Notes under the pieces: model-generated
Told to the model about the DNA's origin: nothing
What the model saw: the letters and a program-made list of their open reading frames with translations, nothing else
The model's database searches: none
Made by a program: the position numbers and the translations under genes
Shown: positions 20,920 to 29,091 of the stretch, in pieces
How positions within the stretch are numbered: position 1 is the stretch's first letter
Layout: every line of letters begins with the position of its first letter
From: Candidatus Campbellbacteria bacterium
GTDB taxonomy: Bacteria > Patescibacteriota > Minisyncoccia > Phycocordibacterales > EsbW-18
Assembly: GCA_016699465.1 (NCBI GenBank)
Contig: CP064977.1
Span: 74,096 to 138,095, forward strand
DNA: 64,000 nt
Direction of reading: 5' to 3'

Positions 20920-20990
20920 CGGGCCGTAGTATACCGGTAGTACGCGTGCTTCGGGAGCACGTAGACCGAGTTCGATTCTCGGCGGCCCGA
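20920..20990 (+). tRNA. tRNA-Pro (anticodon CGG)
   Basis: 71-nt cloverleaf with perfect 7-bp acceptor starting C1:G70, anticodon loop uuCGGga (G37), T-arm ccgag-ttcgatt-ctcgg, discriminator A. Confidence 0.88.
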
Positions 20991-21277
20991 CAGATGGCGT
21001 AAAAGAAGAATAAGACACCGGAAGTGTGGGGCACTTCCGTGGCTCTGAAAGAGACGTAGACCGAGTTCTGAGTCACAAATAATTTTCTGCTGAAAATTTT
21101 TGCGACCCCGTCTCGCGCCGTCGCGCTCCGACTCTTTGACTGTGCACAGTCAAAGCTCGGCATCCCGACAGAGGGTGTAAAATTAGTATTTAAAATTAAA
21201 AATATTTTTATGCCAGTATTTTTATGTTTACCGACTAAGTAAAAAAGTTATGGGACAGTACCGGAAAGATTTTCCAG

Positions 21278-21535
21278 ATGTACATGATGGACAGAGATTA
21301 TGCACCGTTTAAGTTGACCGATGAGTGGGGAGAATGTGTGCAGGTCTACCTCATGCTTACAAAGAGGGGTAGACAAAAAGGGAAAACCGAGGAAGAAATA
21401 CAAGAAATGCTTAGAGAGAAAATTGCGGACGTGTTTGGGTACTTGCTTCTTTTTGCTGAACAGGAGAACATTGATCTATCTGACGCTTTGAAGAAAAATG
21501 GTTTACTCACATTAAGGAATAATACACACCAATGA
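21278..21535 (+). CDS. MazG-like nucleotide pyrophosphohydrolase domain protein
   Basis: 85 aa; EE..E.LGDV...L..LA...IDL motif pattern of the MazG/YpjD family. Confidence 0.55.
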   Translation: MYMMDRDYAPFKLTDEWGECVQVYLMLTKRGRQKGKTEEEIQEMLREKIADVFGYLLLFAEQENIDLSDALKKNGLLTLRNNTHQ

Positions 21536-22218
21536 AAATTGCATTTGTCACAGCAGATACCGCTCGGTTAGAACAACTTTTAGCACCATACGCGCGCGTG
21601 TGTGAAGTTGTTACTGAAAACCCTGATGTGGTTATTTTGTTTGGTGGAGATGGGACGTTGATGATTGCTGAACACCAGTATCCTGCGGTTCCAAAACTTT
21701 TTTTGAAAAATAGCAAAATTGCAAAGCTTGGTCCTAAAATTCCCAATGAAGAGATTTTGGACAAATTCTTTTCAGGAAAGTGCACAGTAACCGAGCACAT
21801 GAAATTGCGTTTTTCAATCGGGGAGAGGCACGCGGAAGCGCTCAACGATATTGTGGTGCACAACGAAAACCCGCGACATGCTATTCGGTACATTCCGCGT
21901 GTGAATGGAAATGCTTTGTATGATGAAGTCATCGGTGATGGTACGGTGTGTGCAACCCCACTTGGCTCAACTGGTTACTACCGTTCAATCACTGACAGTA
22001 TTTTTGAAACAGGAATTGGTCTTGCGTTCAACAATAGCACCGAGCAAACAGACCATATTGTTCTGAAAGAAGATAGCATTGTGTCTATTGAAATTACCCG
22101 CGGGCCTGCGTTTTGTTATGCGGATAATCAGGAAGAATCATATCCACTTACAATAGGCGACATTCTCACTATCCAAAAATCCTCCGAAACCGCAAAAATA
22201 ATCTCGGTGTCCCAGTAA
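21532..22218 (+). CDS. nadK: NAD(+) kinase
   Basis: GGDGT motif and DGxxVxTPxGSTGY region; overlaps upstream gene by 4 nt. Confidence 0.85.
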   Translation: MKIAFVTADTARLEQLLAPYARVCEVVTENPDVVILFGGDGTLMIAEHQYPAVPKLFLKNSKIAKLGPKIPNEEILDKFFSGKCTVTEHMKLRFSIGERHAEALNDIVVHNENPRHAIRYIPRVNGNALYDEVIGDGTVCATPLGSTGYYRSITDSIFETGIGLAFNNSTEQTDHIVLKEDSIVSIEITRGPAFCYADNQEESYPLTIGDILTIQKSSETAKIISVSQ

Positions 22219-22238
22219 AGTGTTACAATTATGTATAT

Positions 22239-22892
22239 ATGAAAACATTCGACTACATCCTAAAAAGTTTTATGAATGCGGGCGGAGTATGTATCTACGT
22301 GTCTGGTATTGCATGGCTTGGATTTAATACTCAAGGAATTGATAATGTGGCTGGTTTTGCTCTCCCTGTTTTCATGCTTTTGCTTTTTGTTGTTTCTGCA
22401 TCTATAACCGGAGGACTTGTGTTAGGAAAGCCAATTCTTTTGTATCTGGAGGGAATGAAACGTGAAGCACTCATATTGTTTTTTACAACACTTGGCTGGC
22501 TCATTGTGTTTCTCGTCGTCATTGCTTCAACACTGTTTTATTCACAAGCAACACATAATGAAACAGATCAAAAAAAGATTGATGTTTTTGATAACGCAAC
22601 TACAACCGTAGAAAAAACAAATGATTCACCCGCTGTAGATTCAAATAACAATACCAAGTCACTGCCACCTCCAGAAATTCCAAAAGTAGTTAAACAATGT
22701 GTGCCAGCTGGATGTAGTAGCGTGGTATGTGTCGATGCCACTAAAGCAAGCGAGATTGTTACGGCGTGCGAATATGAACCATGGTATGCATGTTATAAAA
22801 GTGCACAATGTGAAGTGCAAACTGACGGCGAGTGTGGATGGACACAAACACCAGAATTAACTGCGTGTAGGGCAAACTCGCCAATACGTTAA
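22239..22892 (+). CDS. hypothetical membrane protein with C-terminal Cys-rich extracellular domain
   Basis: Three TM helices then a 10-Cys C-terminal region. Confidence 0.5.
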   Translation: MKTFDYILKSFMNAGGVCIYVSGIAWLGFNTQGIDNVAGFALPVFMLLLFVVSASITGGLVLGKPILLYLEGMKREALILFFTTLGWLIVFLVVIASTLFYSQATHNETDQKKIDVFDNATTTVEKTNDSPAVDSNNNTKSLPPPEIPKVVKQCVPAGCSSVVCVDATKASEIVTACEYEPWYACYKSAQCEVQTDGECGWTQTPELTACRANSPIR

Positions 22893-22900
22893 TAGGGTAT

Positions 22901-23233
22901 ATGGAATTATCACAACAACATTGCGTGCCGTGTGAAGGTGGTATGTCACCAATGAGCGAAGAGGGAATTACAAAAAATCTTCTACTTATCTCCACGTGGT
23001 CGCTCAAAGAGGGGCGACTTTACAAAAAATTTGAGTTCAAGACATTCCCTGAATCAGTGGCATTTGTGAATGCGATTATGCCTATTGCTGAAAAAGAAGG
23101 GCACCACCCCGATATTGCTATTTTTTATAACATTGTTGAATTAACCCTTTGGACACATGCGATTGGTGGTCTTTCGGTAAATGATTTTATTCTTGCGTCA
23201 AAGATAGATATCTTATATAAAAGTGCCTCTTAA
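22901..23233 (+). CDS. pterin-4a-carbinolamine dehydratase
   Basis: EGHHPDIAIFYNIVELTLWTHAIGGLSVNDF matches PCD/DCoH signature ([EH]-x3-H-H-P-x5-Y...D). Confidence 0.85.
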   Translation: MELSQQHCVPCEGGMSPMSEEGITKNLLLISTWSLKEGRLYKKFEFKTFPESVAFVNAIMPIAEKEGHHPDIAIFYNIVELTLWTHAIGGLSVNDFILASKIDILYKSAS

Positions 23234-23284
23234 AGGCACTGTGGGGACTTGTCATCGCCTATAGAACGTGTATACTAAGTCCCT

Positions 23285-23593
23285 ATGACATTTGCAGTAA
23301 TTGAAACAGGCGGAAAGCAATACCTCGTTTCTGACGACAAGTCAATAGTAACCGAAAAACTTCCTATCGAGGCAGGTGAGAAGGTTGTTTTTGATAAGGT
23401 TGTGCTCATGGACGATGGTTCTACAACAACCCTCGGTGCTCCCTACATTGTAGGTGCAAAAATCGAAGCAACACTCGATGCACAAGGACGTGGTAAAAAG
23501 ATTGAGGTTATTAAATACAAGGCAAAGAGCCGATACTACAAGAAGCGCGGACACCGCCAGCCATTCTCAAAGGTAACCATCAAGAAAGTATAA
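23285..23593 (+). CDS. rplU: 50S ribosomal protein L21
   Basis: MTFAVIETGGKQYLV N-terminus typical of bL21. Confidence 0.9.
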   Translation: MTFAVIETGGKQYLVSDDKSIVTEKLPIEAGEKVVFDKVVLMDDGSTTTLGAPYIVGAKIEATLDAQGRGKKIEVIKYKAKSRYYKKRGHRQPFSKVTIKKV

Positions 23594-23595
23594 AA

Positions 23596-23632
23596 AATCT
23601 CCCCAACATCGAGGAGATTTTTTATTTAGTAC
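23596..23632 (+). terminator. rho-independent terminator after rplU
   Basis: aaatctcc-ccaacatcgag-ggagattt followed by TTTTATTT; a second palindrome at 23655-23672 serves the minus strand. Confidence 0.65.
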
Positions 23633-23713
23633 TTTAATCAAGAAATTTAAAAATGTACCGATATATCGGTACATTTTTGTTATGGACTAATTCGCGCGAA
23701 TAGGAGAATAGTC

Positions 23714-23980
23714 TCAGTCCTTTAGGGATATAATTTTCAAACCTTTTTCTTCAATAGTTTTTTTGGGCCAAAATTTGGTGAGGTCATTCAGTGTCCAGTT
23801 ACCAACAAACCCAACTTGTTTTTCTATTGTTCGTCCCGTGTACTCCTTTGTCTCTGGATTCCACTCTCGCAATACCAATGTGTCGCCTTCGTTTATTTCA
23901 AAATCATTGAGACGTAGCTCGAAAGATTTTCTACCACTCGCTACTTCATCAAAATATTTTGGCCAAATTTTTTTTCTCAA
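23714..23980 (-). CDS. ASCH/DUF3850-like PUA-fold protein
   Basis: KxFELRxND...EGDxLxLRE pattern in an 88-aa protein. Confidence 0.55.
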   Translation of the reverse strand: MRKKIWPKYFDEVASGRKSFELRLNDFEINEGDTLVLREWNPETKEYTGRTIEKQVGFVGNWTLNDLTKFWPKKTIEEKGLKIISLKD

Positions 23981-24047
23981 TACGCATATGATTTCACAAA
24001 ATCACGTCGCGCAAGTGTCAATTAAGGCGCGACGAATATTTGTTGTA

Positions 24048-24656
24048 TTAGCGTCTATTAGTAAACGCGCTTTTAATGGTGTCGGCATCGGAATATTCAA
24101 GTTCAGTTCCTGTGGAGAGTCCGCGTCCGAGCATGGAGATAGTAATACCGTTTTCAGTGGTGATAGGTAAGAGAAGTGACTTCACGTGGTCCGCGGTCAT
24201 TTCACCCTCAGGATGTGCTCCTGTGGCGATAATGATTTCTTTGAGGTTTTTGATATTTTTTTGCACGTACTTCGTGAGCTCGTCTGTTTTAAGATTTGAT
24301 GGTGTTGATTCAAGAAGGGGAACGGTTCCTCCAATGACAAAGTAGTGACCGTTGTATGCGTGTGTTTTTTCAATGGCGTCTAGATCGGCATCTTTTTCAA
24401 CCACCATGAGTAGGTGTGTGTCCCGGTTTGGAGATGAACAGATATCACAGACCTCGGCGTAGCCATCTGCATCAAAGAAGCGGTGGCACTGCGCACAGCG
24501 TGAAATAGACGCTTGGAGTTCTTCAATACGCTCAGACAAACTTTTCACAAATGCCTTGTCTTGGGTAAGGAGAAAGTGCACGAAGCGTTTTGCTTGTCGT
24601 GGTCCGATGCCTGGAAATTTTTGAAAGTATTCAGCTAGTTTTTGTATCGCGTTCAT
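24048..24656 (-). CDS. recR: recombination protein RecR
   Basis: MNAIQKLAEYFQKFPGIGPRQAKR HhH N-terminus, C4 zinc finger (CxxC...CxxC), Toprim region; ORF-track start 24743 is an upstream extension. Confidence 0.9.
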   Translation of the reverse strand: MNAIQKLAEYFQKFPGIGPRQAKRFVHFLLTQDKAFVKSLSERIEELQASISRCAQCHRFFDADGYAEVCDICSSPNRDTHLLMVVEKDADLDAIEKTHAYNGHYFVIGGTVPLLESTPSNLKTDELTKYVQKNIKNLKEIIIATGAHPEGEMTADHVKSLLLPITTENGITISMLGRGLSTGTELEYSDADTIKSAFTNRR

Positions 24657-24694
24657 CTTGTACAGTTTAACAAATTTTGATCCACTATGTGTTT

Positions 24695-24722
24695 CTTGAC
24701 AGAAAAAATGTGCGGTATATAA
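24695..24722 (+). promoter_or_regulatory. consensus sigma70 promoter (TTGACA-16-TATAAT) reading towards tRNA-His
   Basis: Perfect -35 and -10 hexamers; followed by a roughly 430-nt ORF-poor leader before tRNA-His. Confidence 0.5.
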
Positions 24723-25153
24723 TGTTTGTAGATTACATTTCAAACGCGTTTATACAGTGGAATAGTAGGAAGTCTTAGTATGGTTTGAGCGAGTTCGGGA
24801 TAGTGTGAGCCGAACCCTGAAGAGATTTTTGAACACGTCACTGGAGCGGTTAGTGAAAAAGCCCAGCAAAGAAGTAGGGCACAAGCTAGACGGTGGTCAC
24901 ACATCGTGAATCTGTAAATTAAGTGTCCGGATATCCTGCATAAGGAGTTCGGGAAAGAGGATGGAACCGCGGGTAGTCATATCTAAAGACTCTCGTTCCT
25001 TTTGTATCGTCGTATATGACGGTGCACAGGGAATGGGAGTTTTTTGCGTTTATGAAAGGAGAAACGCATGGGCTTCACACGAACCCGTCGTTCTTTTGGC
25101 GGAGCAGGTCCGCACTAACAACCTGTACGGAGAGATAATCTCTCCGTACACAT

Positions 25154-25227
25154 GGTGTCTGTAGCTCAATTGGTAGAGCGCTTCTCTGTGGCAGAAGTGG
25201 TTGCGGGTTCAAGTCCCGTCAGACACC
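25154..25227 (+). tRNA. tRNA-His (anticodon GTG) with genome-encoded G-1
   Basis: Acceptor gtgtctg/cagacac preceded by extra G (G-1), anticodon loop cuGUGgc, T-arm gcggg-ttcaagt-cccgt. Confidence 0.9.
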
Positions 25228-25229
25228 CT

Positions 25230-26177
25230 ATGAGCTATAAAAGTAAAAAACAAAAAAATACGCTCAGAAATCGCATTGGTAATAAGATGCGAACATTTAG
25301 AATTGTTCTTTCAAGACTCGCACAGAACGTGCGGTCTCAGCTCAAAGGTCGAAAGGAAAGCAAAATGTCCCTACCACAGACGAGAAAGGTCATGGCATTT
25401 CTTCGAGATGAGGCTCGGCGTATTCGACCCAACAACAAGAGGATTGACGAATGGGTCGATGAACTTCTCGAGCAGTGTGCTCGAGACGGAAAGCCGGTAG
25501 ACGTACTCACCCAGTGGTGTCTGTCGAAAGATCTCGAAACTCGGAAAATACAACAAGGAGGTCGACTTTCACCCCTTCCTTCCGAGAAGAAGATGATCCT
25601 TGAGGCAATTCCGCGCATTATTGATGTTTTCACCAGTAATGGCTTTCGAGTCAACTGGTGGTTCACATTCAACAAGGCGTTTGTGGACGAGGGGCGGGTG
25701 TCTGATGCATTGGTCGTCGAGTATATCAATCTCATCAGTGCCCTCGTTTCCCAAAATGAGGCAGTGCGCGAAAGTGGTATTCTTATCAACTGGGAGGAAG
25801 AAGTGCTCCAAGGTCGACAACAGCCAAATAGAGAAGTTATGGAAGATTTCTTTCGGTACATTCCGAGGGGCGCGTTTGATATCGAGATGAAAAATCTCCT
25901 TCGACGCGTCCAGAAGTACCCCAACTTTTCAAAGTCAGTTGCCGAGCTCGAGGTAGAAAAGAAGTACAACATTGCTTGTGAGGTGGGGGAGGGGAAGTTT
26001 CTCCTCGGCGAGCAATCGCCGTTTTCCAAGGGAGAGTTTCTCCTCATTCCATTTGAATTTCCGGAGCGGTACGGATTTTTCGAGATACTAGCTCCAGGGT
26101 TTCAACGTCGTATTGCTGCAGTACTTAAACCATACCCATGGCGCATAGATGCCGACGATCTGGTGTATGAATCGTAG
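25230..26177 (+). CDS. hypothetical protein (cassette 1), start uncertain
   Basis: ORF immediately after tRNA-His; the track start at 25152 lies inside the tRNA; GC rises to above 55%. Confidence 0.5.
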   Translation: MSYKSKKQKNTLRNRIGNKMRTFRIVLSRLAQNVRSQLKGRKESKMSLPQTRKVMAFLRDEARRIRPNNKRIDEWVDELLEQCARDGKPVDVLTQWCLSKDLETRKIQQGGRLSPLPSEKKMILEAIPRIIDVFTSNGFRVNWWFTFNKAFVDEGRVSDALVVEYINLISALVSQNEAVRESGILINWEEEVLQGRQQPNREVMEDFFRYIPRGAFDIEMKNLLRRVQKYPNFSKSVAELEVEKKYNIACEVGEGKFLLGEQSPFSKGEFLLIPFEFPERYGFFEILAPGFQRRIAAVLKPYPWRIDADDLVYES

Positions 26178-26192
26178 CGGTTCGCACACATA

Positions 26193-26226
26193 AGGCCCGC
26201 TTCGTTTAACACGAAGCGGGCCTTTC
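26193..26226 (+). terminator. terminator hairpin
   Basis: aaggcccgcttcg-tttaaca-cgaagcgggcctt 13-bp stem. Confidence 0.55.
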
Positions 26227-26231
26227 TCTAA

Positions 26232-26268
26232 TAGTATTCAACTAGTTTTTGGATTGCATTCATAAATT
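26232..26268 (-). pseudogene. recR 5'-end remnant (11 codons MNAIQKLVEYY then stop)
   Basis: Reverse complement atgaatgcaatccaaaaactagttgaatac closely matches the true recR start atgaacgcgatacaaaaactagctgaatac; its ATG overlaps the TGA of the 108-aa gene (ATGA). Confidence 0.6.
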
Positions 26269-26586
26269 TTCAAGTGGATAGACGTCGAAGGCAACTTCTT
26301 CGTATGGGTGTACTGATTTCATCGCCGAAATAATATCAAGCATTTTCTCTCTTTCGCAGACAAATTCAATTCGTTCTTCTGGTACAGATTCTAATGTACC
26401 AACTTCACCTATTGCTGGACGCGCTCCGTCTTCAGGTAGAAATCGTCCGGTTCCTTTTGATGAAAAGGTACAGAATGAATAGTTGCCAATTTTTCCTGCG
26501 CCTGCTTTACCTACAGCATCACGAACAACATCGGCGTGTGATTCAGGAACGAACACAACGATTTTTAGTTTTTTTGTTTGAGACAT
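26260..26586 (-). CDS. small alpha/beta protein; C-terminus HPYEEVAFDVYPLE is CutA/PII-like (weak)
   Basis: 108-aa ORF, GC-rich; translationally coupled (ATGA) to the recR-like remnant. Confidence 0.5.
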   Translation of the reverse strand: MSQTKKLKIVVFVPESHADVVRDAVGKAGAGKIGNYSFCTFSSKGTGRFLPEDGARPAIGEVGTLESVPEERIEFVCEREKMLDIISAMKSVHPYEEVAFDVYPLENL

Positions 26587-26632
26587 GCGACTATTTTAGC
26601 AGATTTTTAGGGCTATTTGGGGTAACTTGACA
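26587..26632 (+). repeat. cassette-array repeat, copy 1 (46 bp promoter-proximal part ending in TTGACA)
   Basis: gcgactattttagcagatttttagggctatttggggtaacttgaca; same sequence at 28286-28332 and 29046-29091. Confidence 0.85.
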
Positions 26633-26656
26633 AGTGGTAATAATATATAGTATAAT
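26627..26656 (+). promoter_or_regulatory. sigma70-like promoter TTGACA-18-TATAAT for cassette 2
   Basis: The -35 box is contributed by the repeat; the -10 box by unique cassette sequence. Confidence 0.55.
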
Positions 26657-26719
26657 ATCTAACAGAAGCTCATCACCAGATCAGCCGTAATGGTTGGTCA
26701 AAACCGAAGGAGAAAAATC

Positions 26720-27256
26720 GTGAAGAAGATTTTCTCATTTGACGCCGAGACCAACGGACTCTGGGGACAGGCGTGGGCGATCGGCGCCCTCGTCTACGAC
26801 GAGAACGGCGTTGAAATTGCCCGATTCGTCGGCCGTCTGCCGGACTCGGCGGTGACCGACTCGTGGAGCCGGGAGAACACTCTGCCCCAGGTGCAGGGAA
26901 TCCCGGTGACCCATGAGGACTACGACTCGCTTCTCGCCTCGTTCGCCGACTTCTACAAGGCGAACAAGGACGGAGCCGACGTCGTCGTGCACATGGGGTA
27001 CATCGTGGAGGCGAAGATTCTTCGTGATCTCCACGATCGCGGCCTTATCGGCGACTGGGAGGGGCCGTACCCGCTCTACGACGTCAGCGGAAACCTGCAG
27101 GCCGCTGGTGCGGACCCCACCTCGGTGGACAAGTTCGCGGACGAGCGAGGTCTTCAGGTGGGAGTGGGTACCGACATCGTCGGAGGAACCCACAATCCGC
27201 TCTGGGATTCTGCCGCCGCGGCGGCAGTCTACCGCTACTTGGTCTACGACAAGTAG
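26720..27256 (+). CDS. DEDDh-family 3'-5' exonuclease (DnaQ/RNase T-like)
   Basis: AAGGAG SD 7 nt before GTG 26720; motif I FDAETNGL, motif III HNPLWDSAAAAAVY (H-x4-D); GC about 62%. Confidence 0.8.
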   Translation: MKKIFSFDAETNGLWGQAWAIGALVYDENGVEIARFVGRLPDSAVTDSWSRENTLPQVQGIPVTHEDYDSLLASFADFYKANKDGADVVVHMGYIVEAKILRDLHDRGLIGDWEGPYPLYDVSGNLQAAGADPTSVDKFADERGLQVGVGTDIVGGTHNPLWDSAAAAAVYRYLVYDK

Positions 27257-27296
27257 CAACGTGGGAGTTTGAGAGGACTCCGTCAACAAAACCTCT

Positions 27297-27346
27297 CCCA
27301 TCGTAGAATGTGTGTTCTACCCGATGAGTCCAAAAGGACGAAATGG
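27297..27346 (+). ncRNA. hammerhead-ribozyme-like motif (type III topology) with U4-to-C deviation; speculative
   Basis: cccaUC | GUAGAA-ugugug-UUCUAC | CCGAUGA | GUCC-aaaa-GGAC | GAAA | UGG: 14 of 15 core positions and all three stems present. Stem III is only 4 bp and competes with an upstream hairpin (gugggag/cucccau). Confidence 0.2.
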
Positions 27347-27364
27347 TTTGTTCTTTGAGAAAAT

Positions 27365-27420
27365 TCTTTCGGTTATCTCAGTGTTTGTGATTTGAAGAGA
27401 GCGTTGAGATAACCGAAAGA
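27365..27420. promoter_or_regulatory. perfect 16-bp-stem hairpin immediately upstream of the SD of the 27435 gene
   Basis: tctttcggttatctca ... tgagataaccgaaaga, exact reverse complements; A-run after, T-rich before. Confidence 0.5.
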
Positions 27421-27434
27421 AAAAAGGAGATACT

Positions 27435-28148
27435 ATGCAAAGGAAAAAAATTGAAGTGAAGAAAGGGAAGTACGCCTTTCTTGTTGACGGACTCAGAAAA
27501 GAGCCCATCAACTTTCTGCGGCATGAGCCGCTGAATGAGATTGAAATCTTACTTGGCAAGGGAGCCAAGAGTGTCGAGTACTACGGCACTTTCGGGGGAG
27601 AGGACGGGGTTCTCCTTCTAGTAGTTGAAGTGTCGTCGGATGGACCAGTTATCACAGAAGGTGGTAATCTCTTCGCGTTCTGCAAAGGGTGCGGAGAACT
27701 CATTCGGAGCGAGCACGGGTGTGTCAGAGGGTCTGATGAACCGTGCAAGGAGAAGTTCCGGTCGGGAACAAGCTTTCTCACCGCCCCGCTGGATCACCCT
27801 TGTGCCGCTCTCTACCACGCGGCACAGGACGGAAAGTTCTTGGTCGGGATTGACAACCCGATGCGAGTTCCAGATGTGCCGAGTTGGGTCTTGATTCAAA
27901 ACAGAAAGACCCACGGCGGTGGTCACCATTATCACTGGTTTGGTCGCTCTGGACTTAGTCCAGAGGGTCTCGCAGACTTCTTTCGGAGGCATCCTGCCAG
28001 TGACGCCGAAGTATCTCTCGAAGGAGAGGTTGTGGTGGTCAAATCATCACAACTCGGACCGTGGATTGGTTCGAGTGGACGTTGGGCGAAGGCCTACCAA
28101 CGTCTTGGAATTCGAGTTCAGTTTCGACCAGTTGTAGCCACCGCCTGA
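27435..28148 (+). CDS. hypothetical protein (cassette 2, second gene) with CxxC/His clusters
   Basis: AAGGAGA SD; 237 aa; GC about 58%; no family recognised. Confidence 0.55.
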   Translation: MQRKKIEVKKGKYAFLVDGLRKEPINFLRHEPLNEIEILLGKGAKSVEYYGTFGGEDGVLLLVVEVSSDGPVITEGGNLFAFCKGCGELIRSEHGCVRGSDEPCKEKFRSGTSFLTAPLDHPCAALYHAAQDGKFLVGIDNPMRVPDVPSWVLIQNRKTHGGGHHYHWFGRSGLSPEGLADFFRRHPASDAEVSLEGEVVVVKSSQLGPWIGSSGRWAKAYQRLGIRVQFRPVVATA

Positions 28149-28332
28149 TGAAACACGGGAGACCGCGCTTTCATCAGGCGGTTTTCTTATTTTTATTTTT
28201 TGAATCTACTCCACTATTCGCGCGAATTAGAGAATGGTTTTTTGGAGCTTTTGAAAGTATTCAGTTAGTTTCTGAATTGTATGCATGCGACTATTTTAGC
28301 AGATTTTTAGGGCTATTTGGGGTAACTTGACA
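28141..28332 (+). repeat. cassette-array repeat, copy 2 (terminator hairpin + recR-5'-like segment + TTGACA)
   Basis: About 93% identical over about 190 bp to 28903-29091; hairpin ccgcctgatgaaa...tttcatcaggcgg plus T-run acts as terminator for the upstream gene. Confidence 0.85.
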
Positions 28333-28408
28333 AAACAAATTATTTTTGCTAAAAAACAGATAGAACACAACATACGCTACTTGGCGTATGAACTTTTGGA
28401 GAAAAATC

Positions 28409-28885
28409 ATGAAACTGTTCCGAGGTGTGCTTATCGTCTTGACGGTAGCGTTGGTTTTCCAGGCCCTTCTCACTGTCTACAAGCATCACAAAAAGGCGGA
28501 GCAGCTGGAGAGGTTTGTGGCCGCAGAAGCGTTGGACGCGGCCGCCTCACTTGCAAACGCTCTGGAAGCCACTTATTACCAGGACGGAGGACTCGATTCT
28601 GTTGTGACCACGTGTGCCTCATCGGAGATCACCTGGACGAAGACGACACACGGGGAGTTCACAACCCGATGCAACGTCACCGGAGATTTCTACGACCCGG
28701 ACACGTACAAGACGATTACGGACGGAAAAGACACAATCCTTCCAGTGAGTCTTTTCACGAGAGTCGACGAGAGGATGCTCGTTCGACTCAAGGATGGTTG
28801 GAGGTTGCGGAGCGCCACCCTTACAGTGCTCGCGGAAGACGCCCGAGGTCGGGTGCTTGCCAAGGCGAGCAAACACCTTCGGTAG
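28409..28885 (+). CDS. hypothetical secreted/membrane-anchored protein (cassette 3)
   Basis: GGAG SD 7 nt before ATG 28409; signal/TM LFRGVLIVLTVALVF; GC-rich. Confidence 0.5.
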   Translation: MKLFRGVLIVLTVALVFQALLTVYKHHKKAEQLERFVAAEALDAAASLANALEATYYQDGGLDSVVTTCASSEITWTKTTHGEFTTRCNVTGDFYDPDTYKTITDGKDTILPVSLFTRVDERMLVRLKDGWRLRSATLTVLAEDARGRVLAKASKHLR

Positions 28886-28902
28886 TGGGCATTCAATCTC
28901 TG

Positions 28903-29091
28903 CCGCCTGACAGACACGGAAAACCGCGCTTTGTCTGGCGGTTTTCTTATTTTTATTTTTTGAATCTACTCCACTATTCGCGCGAATTAGAGAATGGTTT
29001 TTTGGAACTTTTGAAAGTATTCAGCTAGTTTCTGGATTGTATGCATGTGACTATTTTAGCAGATTTTTAGGGCTCTTTGGGGTAACTTGAC
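28903..29091 (+). repeat. cassette-array repeat, copy 3
   Basis: Hairpin ccgcctgacagac...gtctgtctggcgg carries compensatory substitutions relative to copy 2; ends in TTGACG -35 with TATACT -10 17 nt downstream. Confidence 0.85.

Noticed and set aside
24657-24743. Longer recR start (MKCNLQTLYTAHFF...) proposed by the ORF track
   Set aside because: The extension is not conserved in RecR, contains the rightward promoter, and the canonical MNAIQKL start is at 24656.
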